A stretch of DNA of 62,984 nt from positions 60,977,406-61,040,389 of the forward strand of contig JASCQW010000061.1 of the NCBI GenBank assembly GCA_030264375.1, written 5' to 3'. The stretch is from Carcharhinus longimanus (taxonomy: Eukaryota). The translations under genes and the position numbers were made by a program. Below, one piece after another: positions 50,410 to 62,247 of this stretch (positions within the stretch are counted from its first letter, which is position 1; every line of letters starts with the position of its first letter). The notes under the pieces were generated by a model. It worked only from the letters and a program-made list of their open reading frames with translations. It ran no database searches and was not told where the DNA came from.

Positions 50410-50870
50410 TGGGCAAAATGTTACCAAAAAGTGGCAGTGTGTTGGTTCTGGTGCATAACAGAATGTTTTCCATCGACAGTGGACAAATCTTATGTCTCAT
50501 TGACAATAATTTTTATACCCATGAGTTTCATGCTACTCCAGTGACATGTTCCCTGTGATTCACCTGCCCCACAATGATTTAACTGCTGCAAGAACTGGGG
50601 AGCTCCACACAAATGGCTTCCTAGCACTCTCCAGCACTTGTTTCACAATGACTGCAGGGGATGGCGGGCAAAAAGGCAGCACTGTGCTTTTCGGAGGGAA
50701 CCCTCACATGGATGCTGGATGGAGAGGAACAGAGGTAAAACACACTCTACCCTAGCTCCAGAAAACATCCCAACAACAGGGCCACCACACTTGCCTGGGA
50801 TGTAGTGGCATTCCAGGTCACTGCAAGTGCACTCCAGAAGAGGACAGTGCAGCAGTGTCAGAGGAAGTGA
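50410..50870 (+). pseudogene. Harbinger element terminus plus Myb/SANT ORF remnant
   Basis: TIR-like gggcaaaatgttacc at ~50411. A single frame at 50661-50870 reads MAGKKAALCFSEGTLTWMLDGEEQR*NTLYPSSRKHPNNRATTLAWDVVAFQVTASALQKRTVQQCQRK*. Confidence 0.8.
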
Positions 50871-51134
50871 TTTAACTTTGTAGCAATTGTTTATGCCTGT
50901 TATGGGATGGGTCTTTCTAGGTCACTTCAGAGGACATTAAAGTGCACAATATGGGACAGGAATCACAATTAGGGCAGATCAGTAGGAGTGACAGATTCCC
51001 TTTTCCTGAGGGACATTGGTAAATCAGTGGGCTTTCATGATTATTTTTCTGATATTGGCCTACAAATTAACTGATTTACTAATTACTGCCATGCCCATTT
51101 TCAATATAGAGAAAAGATTTCATCAAATCCCGGA

Positions 51135-52092
51135 TTGGATCCAGACAAATGTGAGGTAGTGCATTTTGAAAGGTCTAACAAAGATATAAAATGTACTGTA
51201 AATGGCAGAACCCTTAAAAGTATTGATAGGCAGAAGGATCTNNNNNNNNNNNNNNNNNNNNNNNNNNNNNNNNNNNNNNNNNNNNNNNNNNNNNNNNNNN
51301 NNNNNNNNNNNNNNNNNNNNNNNNNNNNNNNNNNNNNNNNNAATGTACTGTAAATGGCAGAACCCTTAAAAGTATTGATAGGCAGAAGGATCTAGGTGTA
51401 CAGGTACACAGGTCATTGAAAGTGGCTGCGCAGGTGGAGGAGGTAGTCAAGAAGGCATACGGCATGCTTGCCTTCATTGGCTGGAGCATTGAGTTTAAAA
51501 ATTGGCAAGTCATGTTGCAACTTTATAGAACCTGAGTTAGGCCAGCCTTGGAATATAGTGTTCAATTCTGGTCGCCACACTACCAGAAGGATGTGGAGGC
51601 TTTGGAGAGGGTATAGAAAAGAGTTACCAGGGTGTTGCCTGGTATGGAGGGCATTAGCTATGAGAAAGGTTGGAGAAACTTTGTTCTCACTGAAATGATG
51701 GAGGTTGAGGGGCAACCTGCTAGAAGTCTATAAGATTATGAGAGGCATGGACAGAGTGGATAATCAGAAGCTTTTTCCCAGGGTGGAAGAGTCAATTACT
51801 CGGGGGCATTGGTTTAAGGTGTGAGGGGGTAAGGTTTAAAGGAGATGTACGAAGCAAGTTTTTTTACAAAGAGGGTGGTGGATGCCTGGAACTCGCTGCT
51901 GGGGGAAGTAGTGGAAGTAGATACGATAGTGAATTTTAAGGGGTGTTTGGACAAATACATGAATAGGATGGAAATAGCGGGATATGGTCCCCGGAAGAGT
52001 AGGGGGTTTTAGTTAAGTCAGGCAGCATGGTCGGTGCAGACTTGCAGGGCTGAAGGGCCTGTTCTGTGCTGTAATTTTCTTTGTTCTTTTTC
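51135..52092 (+). mobile_element. CR1 (HER1-like) 3' fragment, same family as 17585-19933
   Basis: DKCEVVHFERSN..TVNGRTLKSIDRQKD and the rest of the ORF2 C-terminus. Tail gctgtaattttctttgttcttt. Confidence 0.92.
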
Positions 52093-53402
52093 CTTTGTTA
52101 TTTAGATTATCTGTCTGGTTTCATATTAATGTTCTGGGAGGGACATTTTTAATTACTGTGGGTTATGGTGGGGATGGGCACTCTGTGTGTTTAGCTGCTT
52201 GTAGCATCTTGACCAGCTGCAAGCATGCTGTAATGTGTACTGATTTTTTACATGAAGTGACCACAGGGATGAAATGAGTACATGTGAAAAATGTACAGCC
52301 AAGAACAGTTATTCCTTGCCATCAGTCAAAAACATCTCAGCACACTAAACCTGATATCTTGATGATTTACTGGCTGCAGAAGACCTGCATTAAATGAGTG
52401 AAGAATCAAACAGCAACATTGGACTCCATTGTCGATATAGGGCATTTCATTTACTGATACTTAATATCCTAATCTTCGGGTTTTTGTTTACACGCTAAGT
52501 TATTTTAAACAATTAGTAAGCGCTTTCAGCTGACATCAGTCCTCTGTACCTGGAAATAACATTTAAACATATCTGACCTTCACTGTGTTAAAATTCATAA
52601 TTCCTTACAATCTTTTATTGTCATTAGATAATTTTAATATCAAAAGCTTTGCATGGAAGCTAGTCCAAACAAGTAAGTGTCGAATGTGAATTCTGCATAA
52701 AGTATGGACATTTTTATGGCAACTATTTTTCCCAGATGTAATTATGACAGCGCTCAATAATCCCTGTAAGGTAAACTACAGCTCTTATCATTTAATTGTT
52801 TGTTATTTAAAATTGGAGTATTTATGAAAAAATAATCTTGATGTGCTTTTCTGTTCAAGCATTAGAGGAACAGACTTCACTTCAGGGCTGCATAGTGACA
52901 GCTAAGCATACCTTTTAACTGACAGCACAGTGAAATGGAAAAATGTCACTTGAGGACAGGGAATGAAATGTGTAATTTCGGATTAGATAAATCTTTTCCC
53001 CAATTTCATTGGATCTCCCTTAAGGATTTAAACTCAAATTGAACACTTTAATTGTTTACCTATTAAATGCAATGAAGTGCCTCAAGCAGTATCTGTTCTG
53101 CCAGATATACGGCAAATACAGCAACTGACAATTACTCAGTACAAAGAACAAAAGGTAATCATCTGCTTTAAGTCTACCACAGTAGTGTTCAATTTTTTCC
53201 AACCTGAGGGCATTCTTTATGAATAGTAACACATTCTCAGGATTCCCCGTTTTAACATTCAAAAGACTCTGAATCTTTCTTAATTACTGTACTGTTAATT
53301 TCTTTCAATGTTGCTAAGTAAAGGCATGGGTACTGGATCCTTGGAAGGAAGCAGTTGACATGTGGCACTGCTTTTAATGAATTGGAGATTTGAACTCTTA
53401 AT

Positions 53403-53561
53403 CAGGGTGACCAACTGTGCAAAATATAGGTCTGTCAAGACGCTAGACGTTTAGGACAAAACCAAGTTCTGGGAAGTCTAAGCGGGGTCTAAACCAGGAT
53501 ACGGGATGAAAAGCTAAATTATACAATTGTCCTGGAAAATCCTGAATGGTTGGTCAACCTG
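53403..53561. mobile_element. hAT (Blackjack-like) MITE
   Basis: TIRs cagggtgaccaac and gttggtcaacctg (12/13 match). The 8-bp flanks ctcttaat and catttaat (6/8) fit a decayed hAT TSD. Confidence 0.75.
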
Positions 53562-54224
53562 CATTTAATGTAATGTCACATAGAACAATGGTTCTCAAAC
53601 TGGAGTTCATAGAGACTTTCCAGAGGACCTGTGATAGTATTTTGCTGGCATGTGAGTGAGAGAAAAGCACAAGGGATGGGTAAAAAAAGAGAAGGGTAAA
53701 AAAAGAGAAGAAAGAATAAAAAGGCAAGTCACTCACTTTGTAAAAATTCATGGTGTTTAGTGGTAGACCCACATGAGTGGTTTACAAAATGACCACTCTG
53801 AAAGCTCACAAACACTCATTTATTTTTATGGTGATGGATGTGTCCACTGGCATGATTTTCAGCAGTCAGATTTGCATTTACTTTCAGCAGAATAGTAGAG
53901 GAAGGAAGGCAGGAGGTCAGCTGCTGCTGTGATACACACATCCAAATTGAATGCACATGTAGTTAGTGCCGTTATCATACTGCCTGCTCTGCTGAGAATT
54001 TTCAGCATTTTCTGCTGATGTTGTATTAATTTCTTGTTGGTTTGATTTTCGTAATCATGAAAAAGCTGTAACTTAACTTATTTAAATCTTTCACTATATT
54101 GTGATAATATAAATTCCATACGTGAATAAATCATACTGAAAAACTGAGCTGGATTCGACTTGTGAAATATAGCCAGGAATGTCACATTCAGTTGAAAGTT
54201 CTGTAATAGAATTGAAGGGAAGGA

Positions 54225-54612
54225 AACAACAATGTGTGTTCATACAGCAACTTTAGCAAAATAAAACATTCCAAAGGACTTCACAGAGACATTTTAAAAC
54301 AAAGTATGACACCCAACACCCTTACTTCCCAAAAGTAGGGAAGATGAACAAAAGCTTGGTCAAAGATGGAGGTTTAAAGGAGTATTTTAAAGAGAAAGTA
54401 AGTTAGGGAGCCAGAGAAGTTTAAAGAGGGAATTGCAGAGCTGAGGCCTAGGCAGCTGAAGACACAGCCTACCAATGATCAACAAGCTGGAATTAGAGGA
54501 ATGCTGTATCTTGTACGGTTGAAGGGTTAGAAGAGATTAGAGTGACAGGAGCAGAGATAGAGGCAGGCCATGGAGGCATTTAAAAAGAAGGATAAGAATT
54601 TTAAAATTGAGT
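54225..54612 (-). mobile_element. L2 LINE 3' fragment
   Basis: Homologous to 11212-11555. Confidence 0.78.
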
Positions 54613-54857
54613 TATGGACCAGAATTTTCTGACTGTTCAGCTGGCAGGATCTTCTTGCCTCCTAGACGGTGAGCCCCCATCACAGCTTTCCTGGTGGCAT
54701 GGAGTGGCAGGACCAGAAGATCCTGCTGCTGGCAAATGGCGTGCCATCTACTGCCACAGGGGGACCAGAAATGCTCCCTTCACCCCCATAGTTTAACAGG
54801 GAACTAATGAGCACAGGGATGGTAGCTGAAATTGTCCTTTAACTGCTACTATAAGTT

Positions 54858-55172
54858 ATTCCATAGAATCCCTACAGTGCAGAAGGAGGCCATTCAACTC
54901 ATTGAGCCTGTGCCATCCACAATCCCACCCAGGCCTTATTCCTGTAACCCCACACATTTCCTCTACTAATCCCCCTAACACTGCGGGCAATTTAGCATGG
55001 CCAATCAACCTAACCTGCACATCTATGAACAGTGGGAGGAAACCAGAGCACCTGGATGAAACCCATGCAGACATGGGGAGAATGTGCAGATCCCACACAG
55101 ACAGTGACCCAAACCAGGGATCAAACCCGAGTCACTGGCACCTTAAGGCAGCAGTGCTGACCACCATGCCAC
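54858..55172 (-). mobile_element. HE1-type V-SINE, full length
   Basis: Antisense tail catagaatccctacagtgcagaaggaggcc, V-domain, and head ggcagcagtgctgaccaccatgccac. Confidence 0.92.
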
Positions 55173-55799
55173 TACAAAGTAATCATCTGTTTTCTTTAAA
55201 AAGCTATTAAAATATTCCACACATAATACTCTTGTATTGTGTAATTTACAGCATTATAATTTAGATTGGATGTTGGTGCTAGAAAAGGCGTCCTTTTACC
55301 AAAACAGTTTAACAAACATTGCCTTAGAATACATTAATAGAACTATTGATTTATGCTAACTGAGTCAATGGATTATATTGTGATTGTTTATTCAGTATTA
55401 TTAGTCTTCTGGAGTTTGATTTCTAAAGTGTGTGAGTAGTCACACAGAAAGTCAATACGGTCAAGAAGGTGTTCACAGGTGCCGTCATGTGGGGTGGAAG
55501 TGTAGCCAAAGAGGGGACTAAAGGGATTCATATGGTGTGATTTTAGTGGAGGACCTTCAATTCAGAGGAGTTTCTGAGGATATAACAGACATTTGTGAAG
55601 CTAATGGAGTTGGCACTGCTGTGCCAAAGTGCTACGGTTAGGATTGCAGTGTCTGGGAGGGATACAGGTTGTTTGAATGTGGAACATTGAGGGAAAAGTG
55701 TTGGGGTGTGACAATGATGATGGTACAGTAAGTGTAATACAATAGTTGTGGAGGTTAGTAAGTTTGTAGGGATGCTTTATCACAGACACCATTCTCCTC

Positions 55800-56160
55800 T
55801 GCAACAGCTGTTCAGAAGTTCACAATCTTAATATGCTGTTCAACAACAAACAAACTTTCCAAGCATTGGCTTTCTCCGCCACAAAAACTGCTTACTTCCA
55901 CCTCCATAACATCACCTATGTCTGCCTCTGCTGCTGAAATGTTCATCTAGGCCTTTGATACATTTCCAACGTTCCAACTTACTACAGCTATCCCAATTAG
56001 AGCTTCTGGAATCTATTGTCACCTCAGTTCTTCCCGATTGAAAACCCCCTGCAATGCTTAGAAAGCATACTTGCCATACTCGCGACTCATCCACTTTCAC
56101 CAAAAAATCAAATACTATCTCCTACTTGGAACAACATCCTTCACATATTCCTCTATATCC
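55800..56160 (+). mobile_element. Old L2 ORF2 fragment
   Basis: SATKTAYFHLHNI..SAAEMFI*AF resembles the L2 motif TKTAYFHLRNI..AAETLIHAF. Confidence 0.6.
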
Positions 56161-56382
56161 TGGTCTCTTAAGGAAAAGATGAGACAGATCAATTACACAA
56201 TTAGAGAAAATGCTATCTGTAATCAAAGCCATTGATTTACAATTTGCATTCCATTAGAGTTCAAGTCTCAATATACAACTATAATTCAGATGGTTTTTGC
56301 AGTAAAATTAGAATTAGTTTACTCAGTCACTGAAAATCAATGGCCTTGGGATAATATTACATGCAGTACTTGCATATCACAA

Positions 56383-56945
56383 CAATTTGCATCTATAACA
56401 TAGTAAAACGTCTAATGGAACTTCACGAGTGTAATCAGACTAAAATTGGCACTGAATTAATGAAGTAGACTTTAAGACAGATAAAAATTTGTCTAAGGTA
56501 GATTTTAAGAAGCAGCTTAAAGGATCAGTGAACGGCCAAGAAACAGAGTGGATTAGGGAAGGAATTCCAGAATTTTAGTCCCTAAGCGTGCTGAGGCTGC
56601 ATGTTCTCCCCATGTGTGTGTGGGTTTCCTCTGGGTGCTCTGGTTTCCTCCCACAGTCTGAAAGATGTGCTTGGTTAGATGGATTGGCCATGCTAACNNN
56701 NNNNNNNNNNNNNNNNNNNNNNNNNNNNNNNNNNNNNNNNNNNNNNNNNNNNNNNNNNNAAGGCACAGCTGCCAGTATTGTGGCAAAAGAAGTTGGAGAT
56801 GCGCAAGAAGCTACAAGTGGAGGAGGGCAGATTTGTTAGAGGGTTGTAGGGCTGGAGGAGGTTACACAAATGGGAAGGGGAAAGGATGTGGAGGGATTTG
56901 AACACATAGATGCGATTTTTAAGTTTTGAGGCTTTGGAAATGTAA
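56383..56945 (-). mobile_element. L2 3' fragment interrupted by a plus-strand HE1 piece (56597-56697)
   Basis: L2 antisense blocks flank a V-domain and a gap. gctgagg before and aaggcacagc after are contiguous in the other L2 copies. Confidence 0.72.
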
Positions 56946-57649
56946 GTTAGTGAGCTTAGAGATGAGAGTTTAGAAGTGGCAAGCATTGTTTTGGATGAAC
57001 CCAAGTTTATGCAAAGTGGAAGACCTGACACGGTGCTTAACCTAGCAACAAAGAACATGCCTAATGCAAAAACTGTCTTCCCACATACACCATTCTTTTC
57101 TCAAGATTTTCAATTTGATGTAGTCACAGTATGGCATTTACTCAGAATCAATTTTTCCTTTTTTTTGCTTTGTTTCAAAAATAACAAAAGACAATTTTCT
57201 AACAAAAAGAATCTGAAAGCGGATAAGGCCAGCAACTGGATTTTCCATTCTACTATGAGGAATCCTTTATTTAATTTTATCTTTTGTTACAAGACATATA
57301 TGAGGAAAATATACAAAGGCTCCGGAGGCTCTATAGAGACAAATCTTTTGATTGGATGTGAAGTCTTTTCATATCAAAATTGCTCCACAATCATCATTTA
57401 GTTAATTTTCATGCTGAGTAGAGTAAAGCCAGATGCAGCTTTTCAAATAGAACAATCTGGTATAAATACGTATTTCATTCCATAATGCTCATGTGCCCCA
57501 TTTGCAGACATTGGTGTCATATTAAAAGCAAAATTTAGGGCCAATTTTTTTGGCATTCTCCTGACGTGCTTCAACAACTAGGGCAATGCAGATTTCTGAC
57601 AGGCAAATTTGTTCTCATCCAGAGTTTAAAACAACATTGATGACTTTAA

Positions 57650-57955
57650 GTGATGCTGGCGTCATGGTGTCATATCACTGGACTAATCTTAGAGGCACAA
57701 GTTAATACCCTGGAGGCATGGGTTCAAAGCTTATTATAACTATTGGTGGAATTTAGAATTCAGTTAATTAATGAATTGATCTGAACTCATTCATTGTTTT
57801 TTAAAAAGACATATTGGTTTATTAGTATCTTTCAGGTTAGGCACAGCAATGTGGTTGATTCTTAACTGTCCAGCAACTCAGTTCTAGGATAATTAGGAAT
57901 GGAAAACAAATACTGGCCTTGTCAGCAGTGCCCACATCCCAAGAAAAAGTAAACA
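57650..57955 (+). mobile_element. tRNA-derived SINE (35128-35517 family)
   Basis: tcactggactaat..atgggttcaaa..cacagcaatgtggttgattcttaactg..aattaggaatgg..ctggccttgtcagcagtgcccacatccc. Confidence 0.75.
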
Positions 57956-58974
57956 AAAATAGAAAGCCATATTTTGACAAGGAATGATTGTAAAATATTC
58001 CATTGATTTCCTTATTCATTCATGGGTTGTGGGTATCACTGGCAGGGCCAGCATTTAGTGCCTATCCTTAGCCCATCACCAACTTGCACTTTTGATGTCA
58101 CAAAACATTCCACAAAGGCTCACATGAAGAAAATTGGACGCTAAACAAGAACTGTGTGAAGAGTCAGAGCAATTGACTGAGTCAAGCAACTTGGCTTCCA
58201 TGAAGCGTTTGAGGATGGGAAAAACTGTAGCAAAGCAGAGAGATGTATGTGGCAGTAAATTAGAGGGAAAGCATGGAAAGCTTTGGAAACAAGGATCTGG
58301 ATTTGAAATGAATGATGGGGCATGGATGTCAGATGAGCAGGATTAAAAATGGAAGAGTTTTGTTGTTTTAGAGTCTGTATTGGATGATGAATAAAGGGAT
58401 TAAAGTAGTCAAGCCTTACATTGACACTGGCATGGATGATGGGCTCAATGGCAATGGAAGTGCATTACTAAGGGGGCTGAACAATATTGTGGAAAAAAAG
58501 TAACCAATTAGCTAAAAAATGGCTGTGGAATTTGGACCCCAGTTTAGTGTGAACCTGATTACAATAGATTCAGTCTCAATCTGCACAAGCAGCTGGGACA
58601 GAGGATGTGGTGCAATGTTTCTGGCAGGCATTGAAACATAGATATTTTCATTATTAAGCTAAAGTAACTGATTTTGTTATAACTTAATATCTGATGGATA
58701 ATTTCAACAGCACAATAATAATCATGAAGTTGAGAGTGATGACAGAGAAGTAAAGTTGGGGGGGGTGGTGGTGGGAGGGTGAATGGAGGGATGGGAAGCA
58801 TCATCATTCAGATAAAAGCTATATCAATACTTAGAGTTAATATACAGGCCAAGGAAGCAGTTCGTAGATTAGGAAAAAGAGATTAAAACTTGAGGAGAAG
58901 AAAATACAGAAGATGTCTTTCTTTTGTTGAGACGGGTAAAAGATACAATGATGAAATAACAGGTTGGATCACAG

Positions 58975-59112
58975 GGAGAGCAGGACCTCTCCGGTCTTGC
59001 ACGCCCCATCACCACTACTGGTGAGAAAGGAGAATTCGGCGTCCAAATTTCCATTCACAGCAGTGGGACTGGAGAATCCCAGCTACGGGTGAGGTCAGAG
59101 CATTCCGGCGGT
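58975..59112. mobile_element. Harbinger-type MITE
   Basis: Homolog of 41525-41660. Confidence 0.6.
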
Positions 59113-59254
59113 CATGGAGGAAAGTAGAGACCAAGTAGACTAAAGACCTCAGACTGGCAAAACAAGAAGCGTCCACTCACAATCACAAGTTATTTTGAGT
59201 GAATGAGTGTGCTTTGAATGAAAATAAAATAATAATGAATGTTTAAAAGCAAGG

Positions 59255-59535
59255 AGTCACTTGCTTTTGGAGATGGAAATGAAGAGAATATTTTTCTCTC
59301 CAGGAGTCATGAGTCTCTGGAACTCTCTCCCTCAAAAGTCAATGGAATCTGAGTTTTTGAATATTTGTAAGGCAGAGATTTTTGATAACCAGGGGAGGAG
59401 CAGGAAAAAAAGGTTTCCTGGGATAGGTAAGAATGTGGAGTTGAAATTTCAATCAGGTCAGCCATGATCTCATTGAATGGTGGAGTGGGCTGAAAGGGCC
59501 AAGTGGCTTATTCCCACTCCTAATTCATATATCTG
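59255..59535 (+). mobile_element. CR1 3' end
   Basis: EMKRIFFSPGVMSLWNSLPQK plus tail attgaatggtggagtgggctgaaagggcc. Confidence 0.82.
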
Positions 59536-59604
59536 TCCTATTACTGAATATTCTACAATTCTTGACTTTTACAGACCTACTGTAAAATGGTTCAGAATTT
59601 CTGA

Positions 59605-59862
59605 AGTTAAAGTAATTAGTCATAAGTAATTCTTACATTAACACTGCAATGCAGTTACTGTGAAATTCCCCTAGTCACCACAGTCCAGTGCTAGGAGCAA
59701 CACACTGTCACTAGCACATCTTTACAGTGTGGTAGGAAACTGGAGCAAACCCACACAGACATGGGGAGAACATGCAAACTTCACACAGACAGTGAACCAA
59801 GCCAGGAATTGAACCCAGGTCCCTGACACTGCGAAGCAACAGTGGTAACCACTGTGCTATCA
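59605..59862 (-). mobile_element. HE1-head V-SINE with an alternative (non-CR1) tail
   Basis: HE1 head and V-domain at 59710-59862. The 3' part reads ..ctaggggaatttcacagtaactgcattgcagtgttaatgtaag..tatgactaat instead of the HER1 tail. Confidence 0.75.
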
Positions 59863-60734
59863 TCCTCTGCTCTTTCCCCAGTGCATCCTGTAGGAAGCAC
59901 ATCAGAAACCCAGTTACATGCTATACATCCAAACAGGTTACGGCAGGGAAGTGTGAGCAGTTTTGAGAAATTGCTACACAATATACAGACAGAAATGGAC
60001 TTTGTATTTTTCTTTCCCCAATGTTTAAATAAAATGCAAGCACTAGCTGAAGCAGATCTTAGGAAGAATATTGAGAATCTAATTCTTCGTGGTCTAACAA
60101 AGACTCTATATTTTCCACCCAACATTGATCTATCTGACAGTTTGACTCTAATTTATTTAATGGGGTCATTCTGTCTCCTATATAGTAATTACATGTGGAA
60201 AAAAAACTGAAATTTCAGCATTCATCCTGTGCCCTGACCAACAGCTTGAAGAGGAATTAAGTTCTGACTGATCGCTCCTGAACAATGCAACACTCTTTTC
60301 CTTATTGAACTATTTATCTCTGCACTGATCTTTAATATAAAAAGTCCTGAGCCATGCAAGCATTTCACAAAAATGTAGAATTTTTTACTGCAATATTTTC
60401 CTAGCCACTTTTTTTGATTTTAGATTTCTGACACCCTTTTATATAGGTGGGATCTCCCAATTCCCTTCCTCCCACTCTCCCATGTCATGTTTTCCAATGG
60501 TGGAGGTAGCTCACCATTGGCCATCAGTAGGATCTTCCAATCCTGCTGATATTTACAGCGCTTTGTGTGACTCACTCTTCACACCACCAGGGAATCTATC
60601 ATGCAGGGTTGCCTATGACAGAACCATGAGACCCTGCTGGCAGAAAGAGGTGCAGAATCCCACCCATATATTTCTTACCAAACTGATTAGCTTAACAAAC
60701 ACTCTTCCTCAAAAGCTATGGACGGTCCCAATTC

Positions 60735-61055
60735 TAATTCTCTTTCCACTCCTAGTGGTACACTAAGGCAACCTTTTGTCCATTCCTCTAACTCGCAATT
60801 CCCCAAGCAGCTCACTAGTCTGTCACCAGGGATTGATAGATTGAGGGGCATCACTGCACATCAAGCATTGCTGACCAGGAGTCTCTCCTGCCCTTACTGT
60901 CAACCATTGCTGTGTTGGAAGGATTTGCAGGTTGATACACTCAACCTGTTTGGCCACATTATAAGCACATCTTTCTTGGTCATCAAGTCCTGGGGTGGGA
61001 CTTGAACCTAGAGTTTCTGACTCAGAAGTAGAAACACTCCCCATTGTGTCACAAG
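60735..61055 (-). mobile_element. tRNA-derived SINE of a further family
   Basis: Minus strand head ..cttctgagtcagaaactctaggttcaagtcccacccc (B-box), and end gttgccttagtgtaccactaggagtggaaag. Confidence 0.6.
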
Positions 61056-61124
61056 ATTTCCTTCTATGGAAGTTAGATCAATTGAAATTTTCACAACTCA
61101 GATTGAGGGGCTTTTGTTAGAAGA

Positions 61125-61365
61125 ATAAGGGGAGATCTCATTGAGACGTATAAGATGATGAATGGGATGGATAGGATAGAGGTGGAGAGACTCNNNNNNN
61201 NNNNNNNNNNNNNNNNNNNNNNNNNNNNNNNNNNNNNNNNNNNNNNNNNNNNNNNNNNNNNNNNNNNNNNNNNNNNNNNNNNNNNNNNNNNNNTATTGAA
61301 TGGCGGGGCAGGCTCGAAGGGCTAGTTGGCCTACTCCTGCTCCTATTTCTTATGTTCTTATGTTC
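61125..61365 (+). mobile_element. Young CR1 3' fragment spanning a gap
   Basis: aggggagatctcattgagacgtataagatgatg (RGDLIETYKM) plus the young family tail. Confidence 0.88.
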
Positions 61366-61593
61366 AAAGTAAATGCAATAATGTGAAATATATGGAACTG
61401 AGGTACAAATCAACCAAGATCTAACTGAATGCCCCAGTGGGATTGAGGGGCTCAAAGTCTTGTTCCAATATAATCGTAGTTAAGTTCATTTAACCAACAC
61501 TTATATTTCGGCAAAAAAAAATGCCTAATTTGTAACATAGCAGGATATATATTTACCAAAAATGATAATAATTAGAGAGCTCACAGAAGAATC

Positions 61594-62247
61594 AAGAAGG
61601 TGGAGATGCCAGCATTGGACTGGAGTGGGCACAGTCAGAAGTTTCACAACACCAGGTTAATGTCCAACAGATTAATTTGGAATCATGAGTTTTTGGAGCA
61701 CTGCTCCTTCATTAGGTGAGTGGAGGCATATATAAACAAAGACACAATTGCAAGGATATTGAGATTGGAATGTGAAGAATGGTTGGAATGCGAGTCTTTA
61801 TATATAATCAAGTCTTAACAGGTACAAATAGTGTGCGTGGAGAGAGGGATAATTACAGATTAAAGAGTTGTGAATTGTCTCAAGCCAGGACAGTTCATAG
61901 GATTTTGCAAAACCAGGCAGTGTGCTGGGGGTTACAAGTAGTGTGACATGAACCCAAGATTCCAGTTGAGGCTGTCCTCATGCATGAGGAACTTGGCTAT
62001 CAGTTTCTGCTTGGCGATTCTGCTTTTTGCTGTTGGTATCTGTAAAGACATGATTGCCTGTAAAGGCTTGCATTCCAACCATTTTTCACATTCCAATCTA
62101 TAATTATCTTGCAATTATATCTTTGTTTATACTTGCTGTGTTTGTGAACTAACCTCCACTCACCTGATGAAGGAGAACAGCATTCCGAAAGCTCATGGTT
62201 CCAAATCAACCTGTTGAACTTCAACCTGGTGTTGTGAGATTTCTTAC
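61594..62247 (-). mobile_element. 5'-truncated Penelope-like element: GIY-YIG C-terminus, 3' pLTR and inverted 5' pLTR, with TSD
   Basis: Minus 62023-61932 encodes SRIAKQKLIAKFLMHEDSLNWNLGFMSHYL*. Arms 61634-61825 and 62036-62247 are inverted. The direct repeat acagaagaatc sits at 61583-61593 and 62246-62256. Confidence 0.88.
62161..62197 (+). ncRNA. Minimal type I hammerhead ribozyme motif (putative)
   Basis: cac CUGAUGA a ggag aacagca uucc GAAA GC UC aug. The core boxes are intact, stem III is the palindrome AGCU, and the triplet is CUC. The closing pair of stem I is a C:A mismatch. Confidence 0.65.

Larger units (their letters stand above)
2892..61293. other. 16 assembly gaps (N runs) scattered across this span
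   Basis: Examples: 2892-3229, 4985-5084, 7756-7855, 11929-12486, 14115-14214, 18826-19018, 27543-27642, 28356-28455, 30714-30813, 37229-37328, 46110-46209, 49200-49651, 51242-51341, 61194-61293. Most are flanked by young CR1 ends. Confidence 0.98.

Noticed and set aside
51190-51393. 52-bp exact direct repeat either side of a 100-N gap
   Set aside because: Typical unmerged contig overlap. The CR1 is contiguous once it is collapsed.
57293-57360. Peptide-like DIYEENIQRLRRLYRDKSFDWM* after a pyrimidine tract
   Set aside because: Weak aag acceptor, short, and no recognisable homolog.
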